Shown: positions 49,060 to 61,197, counted from the first letter of the whole stretch. The stretch: DNA of 62,373 nt, filler included, from a bacterium (GCA_026985515.1; 6 parts of 6 records of this genome joined end to end with filler, not necessarily neighbours in it); one strand, 5' to 3'. Notes: generated by a model from the letters alone, not told the origin. Translations and numbers: made by a program.

Positions 49060-50025
49060 TCAATCTTCATATGGAGTGGAGGGAGTTCCTTCCCTCCCCT
49101 TCACTTTAAAATCTAAAAGACCTTCTCTTTTACCCATGATAAAAGCGATCAGAATAAGGACAGCTTCAGCTACAGTGATCATTACCCTTGTCATAAGGGG
49201 GAAAAAAGAGGAAAAACCAAGTGAATATCCAAGAACCTTGTGAAGAAACCATGTGTTGACACCCTCTCTGATCCCCAATCCTCCCGGAGAAAAAAGCGCT
49301 ATCCAGCCAATAAACCATGACACATAAAAGCTCATCGCAATTGCCAGGGATTCTCTGAAAGAAACTGGATATATGGAAAATAGAAGTAAATAAAACGCAA
49401 CCCATCCAATGAAATCAGCCACAAGAAGAGCAAGATACCCCTTAATAAGATACTGATAATAATCTCCAAGATAGGTTTTAAATACAACAAATAAAAGCGT
49501 AAGAACCCCCCCCAGGCTCATGACCACTATGTTTAATGAATTTTTATACAATCCATAAGCTATTCCTGAAAAGGTTATTATTCCAAGGATTGAGGCTGTA
49601 TAAAAGATAAATGTTAGAAGTGCCGCTTCTTTTGGTTTTATGTTGAATTTCTGCAGAAGACCCACCTGGGCAACATAACTCCATATCTTCCCCGGAAGAT
49701 ACTTTCCTAACTGAGAGAAGTAAAGAATTATAAAAGCATCTTTGAATGTTGCTTTCCCCTTTGCAATAACAACCTTCCAGCTATAAGCAAGTCCAAGATC
49801 ATAAATGAATAAAAAAATAAAACTCAAAATTAAATACCATCTTTTTGCTGAAAAAAATTTATCCCTGATTTCCCAGAAATTTGTCGCAGCAAGATAAACA
49901 ACGTAACCGATCAGCAATACAGAGAAAATAAAAAAGAACACCCGCACAGAGCGGGTGTTCCACCATGGTACTTCTCTATTCTTCACTTTTTCTATTTCTT
50001 CTCCTTTTCCTTCATCTCCTTCCAT
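49060..50025 (-). CDS. Lysylphosphatidylglycerol-synthase TM (flippase-like) domain protein; start uncertain
   Basis: SQLGKYLPGKIW and PGGLGIRE motifs; polytopic. Confidence 0.85.
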   Translation of the reverse strand: MEGDEGKGEEIEKVKNREVPWWNTRSVRVFFFIFSVLLIGYVVYLAATNFWEIRDKFFSAKRWYLILSFIFLFIYDLGLAYSWKVVIAKGKATFKDAFIILYFSQLGKYLPGKIWSYVAQVGLLQKFNIKPKEAALLTFIFYTASILGIITFSGIAYGLYKNSLNIVVMSLGGVLTLLFVVFKTYLGDYYQYLIKGYLALLVADFIGWVAFYLLLFSIYPVSFRESLAIAMSFYVSWFIGWIALFSPGGLGIREGVNTWFLHKVLGYSLGFSSFFPLMTRVMITVAEAVLILIAFIMGKREGLLDFKVKGREGTPSTPYED

Positions 50026-51764
50026 TTCAGATAAATGGGATCCTTTTCCACAAGAAAACGATGCATCACCTTACCAATAAGATTTTTGGGCAGCTCATCT
50101 ATAAATTCGATGTATTTTGGAACTTTATATGGAGCCATGTTCTTTTTGCACCACTCGATGAGCTCATTTTCAGTTATCTTCCCCTTATATTCATCCTCAA
50201 GAACCACCCATGCCTTTATTATTTCTCCTTCTTTACCCTCAAGATCTGGTAAACCTGCAACAGCCACCTCATGGACTGCTGGATGATCAGCAATCAATGT
50301 TTCCACATCAGCCGGGAATACGCTGTAGCCCTTATGTTTGATCAGCTGTTTCTTTCTGCCCGTGATTTTAACCCTTCCAAGTTCATCCATTGTACCAAGG
50401 TCACCTGTTAGAAGCCACCTTTTGCCGTCAATTTCTTTTATTGTTTCGGCTGTTTCCTCAGGGTTCTTCAAATATTCCTTCATTACCTGAGGTCCTGCTA
50501 CCCACAGCTCTCCAACCTCACCTGGTGGCAACTGGTTACCATTTTCATCAGCAATTTTCCAGTCAGTTCCCGTAAATGGGAGCCCGATGGTTCCCGTGGT
50601 TCTGATACCGTAAAATGGTCCTGCACTGACAACAGGTGAGGCCTCTGTCAATCCATATCCCTCAACAAGCTTGGCTTTAACTTTTTCTTCAAACTTTTCC
50701 TGAACCTGCCTGTGCAACGGACCGGCACCGGAAACGGCAAGAAGGAGTTTCTTATTGATGCCTGTATTTTCTATTCCAGGGTAATCTGCAAGACGCTGGA
50801 AAAGAACCTCCGGCCCAAGATAAATTCCACTTTCATCAGGTACAACTTCAAGAACTTTCTTTATAAATTCCTCTGTTGATGGCGGTCTGGGGAATAGCAT
50901 CATACATCCACCAAAGGCAAAGGATATGTTCATTACAGTGGTCATTGCAAAGGAGTGGAAAAGAGGAATTACACCTATGGGACACATTCCAGGCTGAGCT
51001 TTAAACATCCATAATCTGCTCTGAATGGCATTTGAAACAAGGTTGAAGTGAGTCAGCACGGCTGCCTTTGGAACTCCTGTGGTTCCTCCAGTCATGATAT
51101 AAACCGCTGGATCTTCAAACGGGTCTATTTCCACCTCTGGAACACTGGGAGAAGCCTTAAAAAGATCCATATACCTTATATGCTTGACATCAACTTTACC
51201 GGTGGGTATTTTCTTTAGCAGTTTTCCCAGAAATTTCTTAAAGGAAGGCATGAAATCTGCAATGTTCGTGACGATTATATGGTCAAACTTATGCCTGTCC
51301 AGTATTGGTTTCACAGTCGTTTCAAACAGGCTGTCAAGAAGCACTATGCCTTTTGCACCTGTTAATCTCACCTGGTGCAATATCTCCATCGGCTTATAAG
51401 TGGGATTAATCCCCGTCACAATTACACCAAGCAGTTGAGCAGCATAGTATGATATAACATACTGAAAACTGTTCGGAAGTAACAGTGCAAGTACATCGCC
51501 CTTCTTGTATCCCAGTTGATGAAGAGAATTTGCCATTCTCCTTGTATAGTCCCAGAATTCTCTGTATGTCATGTACTGATCAAGAAACCATATTAAGTTC
51601 TGATCAGGCCACTTTTCCACAGCTTCCCTGGCAAATTCTCCAAGGGATTTTAGCGGAAAGTCGTAATTCTTTGGGACCTCATCTGGCCAGCCTGCTTCTT
51701 TTTTAAACCAGGGACGATCTTCCGGTACATAGAACATCTTTCTCAAAGTTTCCCTGTCGATCAT
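49992..51764 (-). CDS. Long-chain fatty-acid-CoA ligase (FadD-like)
   Basis: MTGGTTGVPKA, PLFHSF, EGYGLTEASP, TGDLG, PYKVPK. Confidence 0.92.
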   Translation of the reverse strand: MIDRETLRKMFYVPEDRPWFKKEAGWPDEVPKNYDFPLKSLGEFAREAVEKWPDQNLIWFLDQYMTYREFWDYTRRMANSLHQLGYKKGDVLALLLPNSFQYVISYYAAQLLGVIVTGINPTYKPMEILHQVRLTGAKGIVLLDSLFETTVKPILDRHKFDHIIVTNIADFMPSFKKFLGKLLKKIPTGKVDVKHIRYMDLFKASPSVPEVEIDPFEDPAVYIMTGGTTGVPKAAVLTHFNLVSNAIQSRLWMFKAQPGMCPIGVIPLFHSFAMTTVMNISFAFGGCMMLFPRPPSTEEFIKKVLEVVPDESGIYLGPEVLFQRLADYPGIENTGINKKLLLAVSGAGPLHRQVQEKFEEKVKAKLVEGYGLTEASPVVSAGPFYGIRTTGTIGLPFTGTDWKIADENGNQLPPGEVGELWVAGPQVMKEYLKNPEETAETIKEIDGKRWLLTGDLGTMDELGRVKITGRKKQLIKHKGYSVFPADVETLIADHPAVHEVAVAGLPDLEGKEGEIIKAWVVLEDEYKGKITENELIEWCKKNMAPYKVPKYIEFIDELPKNLIGKVMHRFLVEKDPIYLKWKEMKEKEKK

Positions 51765-51821
51765 AAATTACACCTCCTCTTCAAAATTGCATAATAAAAC
51801 TAACACCCTTTTAATTAAAAA

Positions 51822-53095
<1,274 letters not shown>

Positions 53096-53195
53096 NNNNN
53101 NNNNNNNNNNNNNNNNNNNNNNNNNNNNNNNNNNNNNNNTTAATTAATTAANNNNNNNNNNNNNNNNNNNNNNNNNNNNNNNNNNNNNNNNNNNN
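53096..53195. other. Assembly linker
   Basis: N44-TTAATTAATTAA-N44. Confidence 0.98.
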
Positions 53196-53421
53196 CCTTA
53201 AATAGAATTCTTCCACCATCAGGTCTCAGTAACCTTATTATGGTTTTGCCGAGTGTAGATTTACCACAACCAGATTCACCAACCACACCAAGAGTTTCAC
53301 CTCTGTAAATTTTCAAAGTCACACCATTTAATGCATAGACCTTTAAAGACTTACCCCAGGTTGTACCAGTTTTAAAAACTTTTCTCAAATTGCTGACCTC
53401 AAAAAGTACTTCCCTATCCAT
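53196..53421 (-). CDS. oppF: Oligopeptide ABC transporter ATPase, N-terminal part; truncated by linker
   Basis: [16 protein letters not shown]; follows oppD. Confidence 0.85.
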
Positions 53422-54382
53422 AAAGATGACACCTTACGAAATGTGTTTCACTTATCTTTACAAGAGGCGGCTCCACATTTCTGCATATATCCATTGCTTT
53501 TTCACACCTGGGATGAAAGGGACATCCTGAAGGCTTATTTGCTGGATCAGGTACACTTCCCTCTATGCTTTTGAGAGGCTTCTTTCTATCTTCAATATTG
53601 ACTGAGGGGATGGAGTCAAGTAAACCCACTGTGTAGGGGTGCAGTGGGTTTTCAAAGATCTCCTCAACACTTCCTTCTTCAACTATTTTCCCGGCATACA
53701 TAACATAGACTCTATCTGATATTTCTCTCACGACCCCCATATCATGAGTGATAAATATGAGAGACATATCATATTCCCTCTTCAGAGTCTTCATTAATTC
53801 AAGAATCTGTTTCTGAATTGTCACATCAAGTGCCGTGGTCGGTTCATCAGCAATAACAAGAGATGGATTCATTATGAGTGCCATTGCTATCATAACCCTC
53901 TGCCTCATACCCCCACTTAACTGATGGGGGTACTCCCGGTACCTTTTTTCCGGATCGGGGAGACCAACCTTCCTCATCATTTCAATTACTCTGCTCTTTC
54001 TCTCCTCCTTTCCAAGTTCAGAATGTAATTTCAGAACCTCTTCAATCTGGTATCCAACTGTGAAAACGGGATTTAAAGCAGTCATCGGCTCCTGAAAAAT
54101 CATTGAAATTTCACTTCCACGAATTTTACGCAGTTCCTCGTCTTCCATTTTGAGGAGGTCTCTTCCTTTAAATATTATTTCACCCTTTTCAATCCTCCCA
54201 GGTGGTTGAATAAGCCTCATAATTGAAAGAGCAGTCATACTTTTCCCGCAACCAGACTCTCCTACTATTCCCACGACCTCACCCTGTTTCACCTCTATGG
54301 AAACCCCCTCCACAGCTTTAACAACACCATTTCGCAGATGAAAATAGGTATGCAGATCCTTTACAGCAAGCAGATTATTCAT
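53414..54382 (-). CDS. oppD: Oligopeptide ABC transporter ATPase
   Basis: [39 protein letters not shown]. Confidence 0.93.
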   Translation of the reverse strand: MNNLLAVKDLHTYFHLRNGVVKAVEGVSIEVKQGEVVGIVGESGCGKSMTALSIMRLIQPPGRIEKGEIIFKGRDLLKMEDEELRKIRGSEISMIFQEPMTALNPVFTVGYQIEEVLKLHSELGKEERKSRVIEMMRKVGLPDPEKRYREYPHQLSGGMRQRVMIAMALIMNPSLVIADEPTTALDVTIQKQILELMKTLKREYDMSLIFITHDMGVVREISDRVYVMYAGKIVEEGSVEEIFENPLHPYTVGLLDSIPSVNIEDRKKPLKSIEGSVPDPANKPSGCPFHPRCEKAMDICRNVEPPLVKISETHFVRCHLYG

Positions 54383-55211
54383 CCTTTAACCTCGGGTCAA
54401 TGGCATCCCTAATCCCCTCACCTACCAGATTGTAACCAAGTACAGTTATGAGTATTGCCAGACCTGGATAAAATGATAACCACCAGGCTATTTCAATGTT
54501 ATCCTTTCCTTCTGCAAGAATGTTGCCCCAGCTTGGTGTAGGAGGTTGAACCCCGAGCCCCAGAAAACTCAACGCAGATTCTGTTAAAACTGCTCCTGCA
54601 ACTCCAAGAGTGGCTGCCACAAGGACAGGTGCCATGGCATTTGGAAGTATGTGTTTAAAAATAATCCTCAAATCCCTTGCTCCCACGGCAACCACAGCCT
54701 GTGTGAATTCCTGGGATTTCAACTTCAAAAATTCAGCTCTCACGAGTCTGGCAACTCCCATCCAGCTGGTCAGTCCGATTACAACCATTATGTTTATTAT
54801 CCCTGGATTTAAAAAAGCAATAACTGCCAGGATCAGGAAAAATGTAGGAAAACACAGCATAATATCCACAAATCTCATAATAATTGTATCAACCCAGCCT
54901 CCATAGTATCCAGCAATTGCTCCAAGGATGGTGCCTATCAGTGTAGAAATTCCCACAGCCACAAAACCCACCAGCAGTGAAACCCTTGCTCCATAAACCA
55001 TTCTGCTGAATACATCTCTTCCAAGTGAATCTGTGCCCATAATGTGATGAATTGAGGGGGGCTGAAGAGGATGGGAAGGATCAATTGCATCAGGTGGATA
55101 TGGGGCTATATAGGGCGCAAAAATAGCAACTATAAAAACTGCAATAACAAGGATCAAACCTGTAACAGCAACCTTATCCCTGAAAAAGCGCCTGACAAAA
55201 TCGCTTCCCAC
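54375..55211 (-). CDS. oppC: Oligopeptide ABC transporter permease
   Basis: GTDSLGRD, HILPN, ESALSFLGLG, PTPSWG. Confidence 0.93.
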   Translation of the reverse strand: MGSDFVRRFFRDKVAVTGLILVIAVFIVAIFAPYIAPYPPDAIDPSHPLQPPSIHHIMGTDSLGRDVFSRMVYGARVSLLVGFVAVGISTLIGTILGAIAGYYGGWVDTIIMRFVDIMLCFPTFFLILAVIAFLNPGIINIMVVIGLTSWMGVARLVRAEFLKLKSQEFTQAVVAVGARDLRIIFKHILPNAMAPVLVAATLGVAGAVLTESALSFLGLGVQPPTPSWGNILAEGKDNIEIAWWLSFYPGLAILITVLGYNLVGEGIRDAIDPRLKDE

Positions 55212-55216
55212 AGCCT

Positions 55217-56071
55217 CTACCTTGAACTCTTCCTGGACTTCTCCCTTCTATACATGGCAAGATACTCTTCCTTTCCTATTACTCCTTTGTTTATGAGAAG
55301 TTTGGCAAGGGCATTTATCTTGGAATTTAAATCCTGCATGAGAGCATAAATCTGGTTCAACCTGACCATCATCTGATCAGTTTGAGCAGTTTTGCCCTCC
55401 TCAATTTTTTCAGTCACTTTTTCAGATGTATCAACACGATTCATTCCCTCATCCTCAAGATTTATAACCTGCTCCTTTCCGTTGGCAAAGATGAAAATTG
55501 TTGAATCATCCAGAGACTCTTCCTTCTTTTCCTCTTCTTTTACCATTTTACCCGGCTTTCTAACCAGAGAGGTGAAATTCAGCTTATTACTCGGTACAGC
55601 ATCTCGGTCGGGTCTGAACAATCCCCTTCCACCATAGTAGAACTCTATTGCCTCGGCAATCAGATTATCAGAAGCAAGGACCGGTCTTATTGGCATTCCC
55701 AGTGCAAATTCCAGTTCATCAATAGCCACGACATTTGTTGGATCTGCAGTGGCAAGATAAAGGATTTTTCTACCAAGTTCATCTTTTACAGTGAGCGGCA
55801 GTACATTATACTTTCTCGCAATATCCTCCGGAACAAGCTTTATCACTGAAGGCGGGATAGCAACCTTTTTCAGATCCACATTGGGAATTTTGAAGTAGTA
55901 ACTCAAAAAACCAAGCAATTCCTCTTCCGTCAAAAACCCAAGCTTTACAAGGATCTGACCGAGCTTTCCACCCCATTGCTTTTGATGCGCAAGGGCAGAT
56001 TGAAGCTGATAAACATCAATTAGCCCCTCCTCCACCAGAATTTCACCAAGTTTTTTCTTCTTTTTTTCCAT
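55217..56071 (-). CDS. Stand-alone MshEN/T2SSE-N (GspE/PilB N-terminal) domain protein, no ATPase domain
   Basis: KLGEILVEEGLI...LQSALAHQ...KLGQILVKLGFL; ARKYNVLP...LATADPTN. Likely start is the ATG at 56071. Confidence 0.88.
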   Translation of the reverse strand: MEKKKKKLGEILVEEGLIDVYQLQSALAHQKQWGGKLGQILVKLGFLTEEELLGFLSYYFKIPNVDLKKVAIPPSVIKLVPEDIARKYNVLPLTVKDELGRKILYLATADPTNVVAIDELEFALGMPIRPVLASDNLIAEAIEFYYGGRGLFRPDRDAVPSNKLNFTSLVRKPGKMVKEEEKKEESLDDSTIFIFANGKEQVINLEDEGMNRVDTSEKVTEKIEEGKTAQTDQMMVRLNQIYALMQDLNSKINALAKLLINKGVIGKEEYLAMYRREKSRKSSR

Positions 56072-56084
56072 ACTTACCCCCTTT

Positions 56085-57071
56085 TTACCTTTCCCCCAGC
56101 CCCTCACGGATTCTGGGATCAACGAGAGCGTAGGATATATCAGCAAGGAGATTTCCAAGGAGGGTGAGGAATGATCCGATTACAAGAATTCCCATCACCG
56201 TGGTATAATCCCTCATATACACGCTGTTAAAAAACAGTCTCCCCATCCCCGGAATAGCGAAAATTGATTCAATGATTACACTTCCACCTATCAGTCCCGG
56301 CAGGCTCAAACCCAGAATGGTGATCACAGGAAGAAGTGCGTTTTTCAAAGCATGAACAAAAATTACCCTGTTCTCCCCGGCCCCCTTTGCCCTTGCAGTT
56401 GTTATATAATCCTGCCTGAGAACCTCTAACATGCTTGCTCTGACATATCGGGAGAGGTATGCAAGAGATCCCACAGAGAGAGAAATCACCGGTAAAATAA
56501 GATGCTTTGCCACATCAAGCACCTTTCCCCAGAAAGTGAGTTGATTAAAATTAAGAGAAGTAATACCCGAAATGGGAAGGATACCAAGCTGAATTCCAAA
56601 AAATATCATCAGTAAAAGAGCGAGCCAGAAACTGGGAGTGGCAAATCCTATAAAAACAGCCACAGTTATGGTTCTGTCTGTGAGGGAATTCCTTTTGTAA
56701 GCAGAATATATTCCTATTGGAAGTGCCAGCAAGAGTACCAGAAGCATTACAATAGAATTCAACAGCACAGTGACCGGCAATCTTTCCGCTATCTTTTTGA
56801 TTACAGGAGTTCTATCCTGACTCATGGAAAGACCAAAATCCAGCTTAACTATTCTCTTCACCCATTCGTAATACTGAACATAGAGGGGTTTATCCAGACC
56901 ATACAGTTTCCTCAATCGTTCTATGACCTCCCTGTTAACTTTTGGATTCATCTGAAGCTGAACCTGTCCAGGTGCACCGGGAGCGAGATGAATCACAATA
57001 AAGGTTATAATCGTTATTCCAAAGAGAAGTGGAATCAAACCTGCCAGTCTTTTGAGAAGATATCCTGCCAT
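56085..57071 (-). CDS. oppB: Oligopeptide ABC transporter permease
   Basis: YGLDKPL, DFGx[21 protein letters not shown]. Confidence 0.93.
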   Translation of the reverse strand: MAGYLLKRLAGLIPLLFGITIITFIVIHLAPGAPGQVQLQMNPKVNREVIERLRKLYGLDKPLYVQYYEWVKRIVKLDFGLSMSQDRTPVIKKIAERLPVTVLLNSIVMLLVLLLALPIGIYSAYKRNSLTDRTITVAVFIGFATPSFWLALLLMIFFGIQLGILPISGITSLNFNQLTFWGKVLDVAKHLILPVISLSVGSLAYLSRYVRASMLEVLRQDYITTARAKGAGENRVIFVHALKNALLPVITILGLSLPGLIGGSVIIESIFAIPGMGRLFFNSVYMRDYTTVMGILVIGSFLTLLGNLLADISYALVDPRIREGLGER

Positions 57072-58729
57072 TATTCCACCAGCCTTTTACCCTGAAGAGG
57101 TCGAGGAATATACCAGCGAATAAAGTTGTAACTTATCCCCGCAGGAGCAGGTTTTATACCTCTGACTCTCTTGTGTACAGCCACCAGTGAATATGGAATG
57201 TATAAAAATGTATAGGGCTGATCCTCTGCAAGAATTTCCTGAAATCTGTAGTAAAGCTTTTTCCTCTTTTCAATATCAAAGGTGTGTCTCGCCTCATCAA
57301 GGATCCTATCCACCTCTGGATTTTTGTAAGATATAAAATTAAATTGATTTGGTCCAGTCTTTGTAGAAGCCCAGATATCATACTGATCGGGATCTGGATC
57401 AAGACCCCATCCAAGTATGACTGCATCAAATTTCTTCTTATCAATGAACTCATTTATGAATGTTGACCATTCCACTATTCTTATTTTTACATCTATACCG
57501 ATCTCTCTCAATCTTTTCTGTATAATTTCCGCAGTTAGCTTTCTCTGGTTATTCCCCTGATTCGTCATAATAGTGAACCTGAAGGGTTTGCCATTCTTAT
57601 CAAGAATACCATCTCCATCATGATCATACCATCCAGCTTCATGAAGCAATTTTAATGCCATCTGGGGATTGTAGGGATACTTTTTCACATCCGGATTGTA
57701 ATACCAGGTACCCGGTCTGTATGGACCTGTGGCAATTATCCCCTGCCCCATCAACACTCCATCAATAATTTCTTTTTTGTTAATGGCATAGCTGATAGCC
57801 TGCCTCACTCTCCTGTCTCTGAAGAGTGGATTTAGCAGATTGTATCCGAGATAAGTGTATCCAAATCCGAGGTATTTATACTTGTTAAAATTTCTTCTAA
57901 ATCTCTCAAAATTGCTCTGCCTGACAAACTGGACTGGAGTTAACCCAGCTTCATCAAGGCCACCTGCTTTCAACTCAAGAAAAATGGTCGCCTGATCAGG
58001 GATAATACGGTAAACATACTTTGAAATGTAGGGACGTCCATCAAAATAATCTCTGTTAACTTCCAGTACAATTCTATCCCCAGGTCTCCATTCCACAAAT
58101 TTATAGGGACCCGTCCCAATGGGATGTCTTTTTAATTTCAATGAAGGGTCAGTAACTTTTTTACCATACAGAAGATGTTTGGGTACAATGTAGAGACCTG
58201 CCCAGCTATTGAGTGCCGGAGCAAAAGGTTCCTTATAATATACCCTTATCGTATAATCGTCAACTTTCTCAATGTGATCAATCACATTAAACTGACTCGC
58301 ATAGGGTGTTGGAGTTTCTGGGTCAGTTATAAGTTTGTATGTGAAAATAACATCATCAGCTGTAAAAGGTACTCCATCATGCCATCTGACATTCTTATGA
58401 AGGTAAAAGGTGATCACCATTCCATCCTTTGAAACTTTCCACTTTTTTGCAAGCTCTCCTTTAAAATTCAGGTTTTTGTCATACCTGATGAGGGTATTGT
58501 AAACAAGGGAAATAATATCAAAGGATGCACTGTCAGTGGCCAGAACAGGAAGCAACACACTGGCATCACCAATTGATGCAGTAACAAATTCACCTCCATA
58601 TGCGGGAGGTAAATTGGGATCGCTGAGATATCTGTAGTATTCTTCATCAATGCGGTTCTTCTTTTTGCATCCCCACGAAAAAATAAGCAGAATGAACAAA
58701 AAGAAGGTGTAACTCCTTATTCTTCTCAT
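57071..58729 (-). CDS. oppA: Peptide ABC transporter substrate-binding lipoprotein
   Basis: Lipobox-like [33 protein letters not shown]. Confidence 0.93.
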   Translation of the reverse strand: MRRIRSYTFFLFILLIFSWGCKKKNRIDEEYYRYLSDPNLPPAYGGEFVTASIGDASVLLPVLATDSASFDIISLVYNTLIRYDKNLNFKGELAKKWKVSKDGMVITFYLHKNVRWHDGVPFTADDVIFTYKLITDPETPTPYASQFNVIDHIEKVDDYTIRVYYKEPFAPALNSWAGLYIVPKHLLYGKKVTDPSLKLKRHPIGTGPYKFVEWRPGDRIVLEVNRDYFDGRPYISKYVYRIIPDQATIFLELKAGGLDEAGLTPVQFVRQSNFERFRRNFNKYKYLGFGYTYLGYNLLNPLFRDRRVRQAISYAINKKEIIDGVLMGQGIIATGPYRPGTWYYNPDVKKYPYNPQMALKLLHEAGWYDHDGDGILDKNGKPFRFTIMTNQGNNQRKLTAEIIQKRLREIGIDVKIRIVEWSTFINEFIDKKKFDAVILGWGLDPDPDQYDIWASTKTGPNQFNFISYKNPEVDRILDEARHTFDIEKRKKLYYRFQEILAEDQPYTFLYIPYSLVAVHKRVRGIKPAPAGISYNFIRWYIPRPLQGKRLVE

Positions 58730-58732
58730 TCA

Positions 58733-59323
58733 CTACTCCAGTTTTTCTATTTTGACACCGGGAGGGAGAGAGAGTTTAAAAAATGTACGGGAAGGAGGCG
58801 GTACCGGTTTCATACTTGAAATTTTCAGTTCTCCCCTTCCCTTACCATTCTCAAATTGAAAAACCATATTTAAATTTTCTCCAATTGTTGCTTTTCCTTC
58901 AAGCAATCCCTTTACTCTGAAAATATACTCGTTTCCTCTTCTCCATATCCTCAACATTCCATTATGAGGAGTTTCGTTAAAGAGGATCCATTGCAAAATT
59001 CCAAAAATAGCTGTTAGTGGAGTGGAAAAATCGTTGCTCTCAATTTCATAAGCTACTTCTTCAAAAGGCGAGAAAATAAGCATCTTATTTTCATACCTGG
59101 AGATCATGGCATAGGGTTGACCCCAGAAAGTGACAAGATCAACCCTGAGATTTCCCTCCCTGGTTATAAGAAAAACAAAATCACCCGAAAACTCCTCATC
59201 GTTACTGAATTTTAAACTTCCTTCTCCTTTATATGCTCTGACATCCTTACCTTCCGGGATAATCAGATGTCCTGCACAACCTGTTAAAAACAGAAAAAGC
59301 GGGAAAATAAAATTTCTTCCTGC
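58733..59323 (-). CDS. LolB/LolA-fold-like lipoprotein; 5' end lost in linker
   Basis: Frame open to the gap: ...FIFPLFLFLTGC (lipobox)...GNLRVDLVTFWGQPYA...FKLSLPPGVKI. Confidence 0.6.
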   Translation of the reverse strand, partial: AGRNFIFPLFLFLTGCAGHLIIPEGKDVRAYKGEGSLKFSNDEEFSGDFVFLITREGNLRVDLVTFWGQPYAMISRYENKMLIFSPFEEVAYEIESNDFSTPLTAIFGILQWILFNETPHNGMLRIWRRGNEYIFRVKGLLEGKATIGENLNMVFQFENGKGRGELKISSMKPVPPPSRTFFKLSLPPGVKIEKLE

Positions 59324-59324
59324 A

Positions 59325-59424
59325 NNNNNNNNNNNNNNNNNNNNNNNNNNNNNNNNNNNNNNNNNNNNTTAATTAATTAANNNNNNNNNNNNNNNNNNNN
59401 NNNNNNNNNNNNNNNNNNNNNNNN
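59325..59424. other. Assembly linker
   Basis: N44-TTAATTAATTAA-N44. Confidence 0.98.
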
Positions 59425-59425
59425 G

Positions 59426-60145
59426 ACAAGTGGCAATACAGGTATTGCCCTTGCCTATATAGGAAGGTATCTGGGATATCGTGTTACCATTGTGATGCCT
59501 GATACCATGAGTGAAGAAAGAATCAAACTTCTCAAACTTGCCGGAGCTGAAGTCATACTTACCCCCGGGGAAAGGGGCATGGAAGGTGCAATAAAAGTAG
59601 CAGGTGAAAAAGCTGAAAGGGAAAGAGCTTATTTCCCTGATCAATTTTCTAATCCAGCCAATCCTCTTGCACATTTTGAAACTACCGCTCCTGAAATTTT
59701 TTCCTTCTTCAGTCCCGATTTTATAATTGCTGGAATTGGAACGGGGGGAACCATAACAGGAATAGGAGAGTTTGTAAGGGAGAATAATATTAAGTGTACG
59801 GTCGTTGGAGTGGAACCTGAAGAAAGTCCCGTCATAAGCAGGGGAATAAGTGGTACACATGGTATCCAGGGAATAGGAGCAGGATTTATTCCTGCAGTGT
59901 TAAATCTCGCTGTGGTGAATGATATTCTTACAGTTACAACCGAAGAAGCCTTCAAATTTACCCGTTATCTTTTTAAATATGAAGGTATAATTGCTGGGAT
60001 CTCGTCAGGTGCAGCCCTCGCTGCCAGCATTAAAATCGCAGAAAAATATCGAGGAAAAAAGGTCCTGGCAATTCTTCCAGACAGAGGTGACAGATATCTC
60101 TCAGTTTTGAATAGCGAAAATGGTACTAAAGGAGGTAAACGATGA
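59426..60145 (+). CDS. cysK: Cysteine synthase (PLP-dependent), 5'-truncated by linker
   Basis: TSGNTGIALA, QFSNPAN, GTGGTITG, HGIQGIGAGF, GISSGA, PDRGDRYLS. Confidence 0.92.
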   Translation, partial: TSGNTGIALAYIGRYLGYRVTIVMPDTMSEERIKLLKLAGAEVILTPGERGMEGAIKVAGEKAERERAYFPDQFSNPANPLAHFETTAPEIFSFFSPDFIIAGIGTGGTITGIGEFVRENNIKCTVVGVEPEESPVISRGISGTHGIQGIGAGFIPAVLNLAVVNDILTVTTEEAFKFTRYLFKYEGIIAGISSGAALAASIKIAEKYRGKKVLAILPDRGDRYLSVLNSENGTKGGKR

Positions 60146-61134
60146 AAGTCCTTGTTACGGGAGCATCAGGTTTTATTGGGGGAAATCTTGTAAGGGAACT
60201 TGTCAGCAGGGGAGTGGATGTCAGGGTTCTGATCAGGAAGAGCAGTAACATTGAGTTCATTTCAGATTTAAAAATTGAAAAGGCTTATGGGGACATTCTT
60301 GATTATAATTCACTTCTTGAGGCACTTAAAGGTGTTACTCATCTTTATCATGTTGCAGCTCTTTACAAAGCATGGTTACCTGATCCGGAGGAATTTTACA
60401 GGGTTAATGTGAGGGGAACGGTCAATGTGATGAGAGCGGCACTTGAAAAAGGTGTTGAAAAAATTGTCTATACCAGTTCAGTTGCTGCTGTTGGTTTTGT
60501 TAGAGATGGAGAGGGTATTTGTGATGAGAACTGCCTATGGAATCTTGGTTTTACTGAGGATCACTACACAATATCCAAGTATCAGGCAGAAATGGAAGTT
60601 TTTAAGATGATATGCAGAGAAAATCTCCCCGCAGTAATTGTGAATCCTGCTGCTCCTGTGGGTCCAGGTGACTGGAAACCCACACCGACAGGTCAGCTGA
60701 TCCTTCAGTATCTTAAAAAAAGAATCCCGGCATATGCAGATACTTCTCTCAGTTTTGTGGACGTTCGGGATGTGGTCAGGGGTCATATTCTTGCAATGGA
60801 AAAGGGAAAAATTGGAGAGAGGTATATTCTGACAGCTGAAAATTTACACATGAAGGATGTTTTTGAAATGCTTCATAGAATAACAGGTATAAAACCACCC
60901 AGAGTAAAAACTCCCTATGGTGTCAATTACGCTTTTGCGAGTTTTCTGGAGTTCATAGCATCCATTACCGGGATGGAGACGCCCCTCGCAAGATCCTATG
61001 TAAGAGTTACAAAGGGAAGAATGGCATATGACAACAGAAAGTCAATAAAGGAACTTGGGTTAAATTACGGTCCCGTTGAGAAGGCACTGGAAGATGCTGT
61101 AAAGTGGTACAGAGAGCATGGATATGTAAAGTAG
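60142..61134 (+). CDS. NAD-dependent epimerase/dehydratase (HpnA/dihydroflavonol-reductase-like)
   Basis: TGASGFIG, HVAALY, YTSS, YxxSK, GPGDWKPTPTG. Confidence 0.88.
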   Translation: MKVLVTGASGFIGGNLVRELVSRGVDVRVLIRKSSNIEFISDLKIEKAYGDILDYNSLLEALKGVTHLYHVAALYKAWLPDPEEFYRVNVRGTVNVMRAALEKGVEKIVYTSSVAAVGFVRDGEGICDENCLWNLGFTEDHYTISKYQAEMEVFKMICRENLPAVIVNPAAPVGPGDWKPTPTGQLILQYLKKRIPAYADTSLSFVDVRDVVRGHILAMEKGKIGERYILTAENLHMKDVFEMLHRITGIKPPRVKTPYGVNYAFASFLEFIASITGMETPLARSYVRVTKGRMAYDNRKSIKELGLNYGPVEKALEDAVKWYREHGYVK

Positions 61135-61145
61135 TTTGATCCCTG

Positions 61146-61174
61146 TTGAGAGTTTAAAACTCCTGTGTTAAAAT
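61146..61174 (+). promoter_or_regulatory. purB promoter
   Basis: TTGAGA-17 bp-TAAAAT with an extended TG. Confidence 0.6.
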
Positions 61175-61197
61175 ATGAGCCTGCCAAGGAGGTCTTG

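Noticed and set aside
56072..56158. ORF-track N-terminal extension of the MshEN protein
   Set aside because: It overlaps the oppB 3' end; the domain begins right after the ATG at 56071.
60142..61134. Hopanoid biosynthesis cluster
   Set aside because: Only an HpnA-like SDR between cysK and purB; no shc or other hpn genes nearby.
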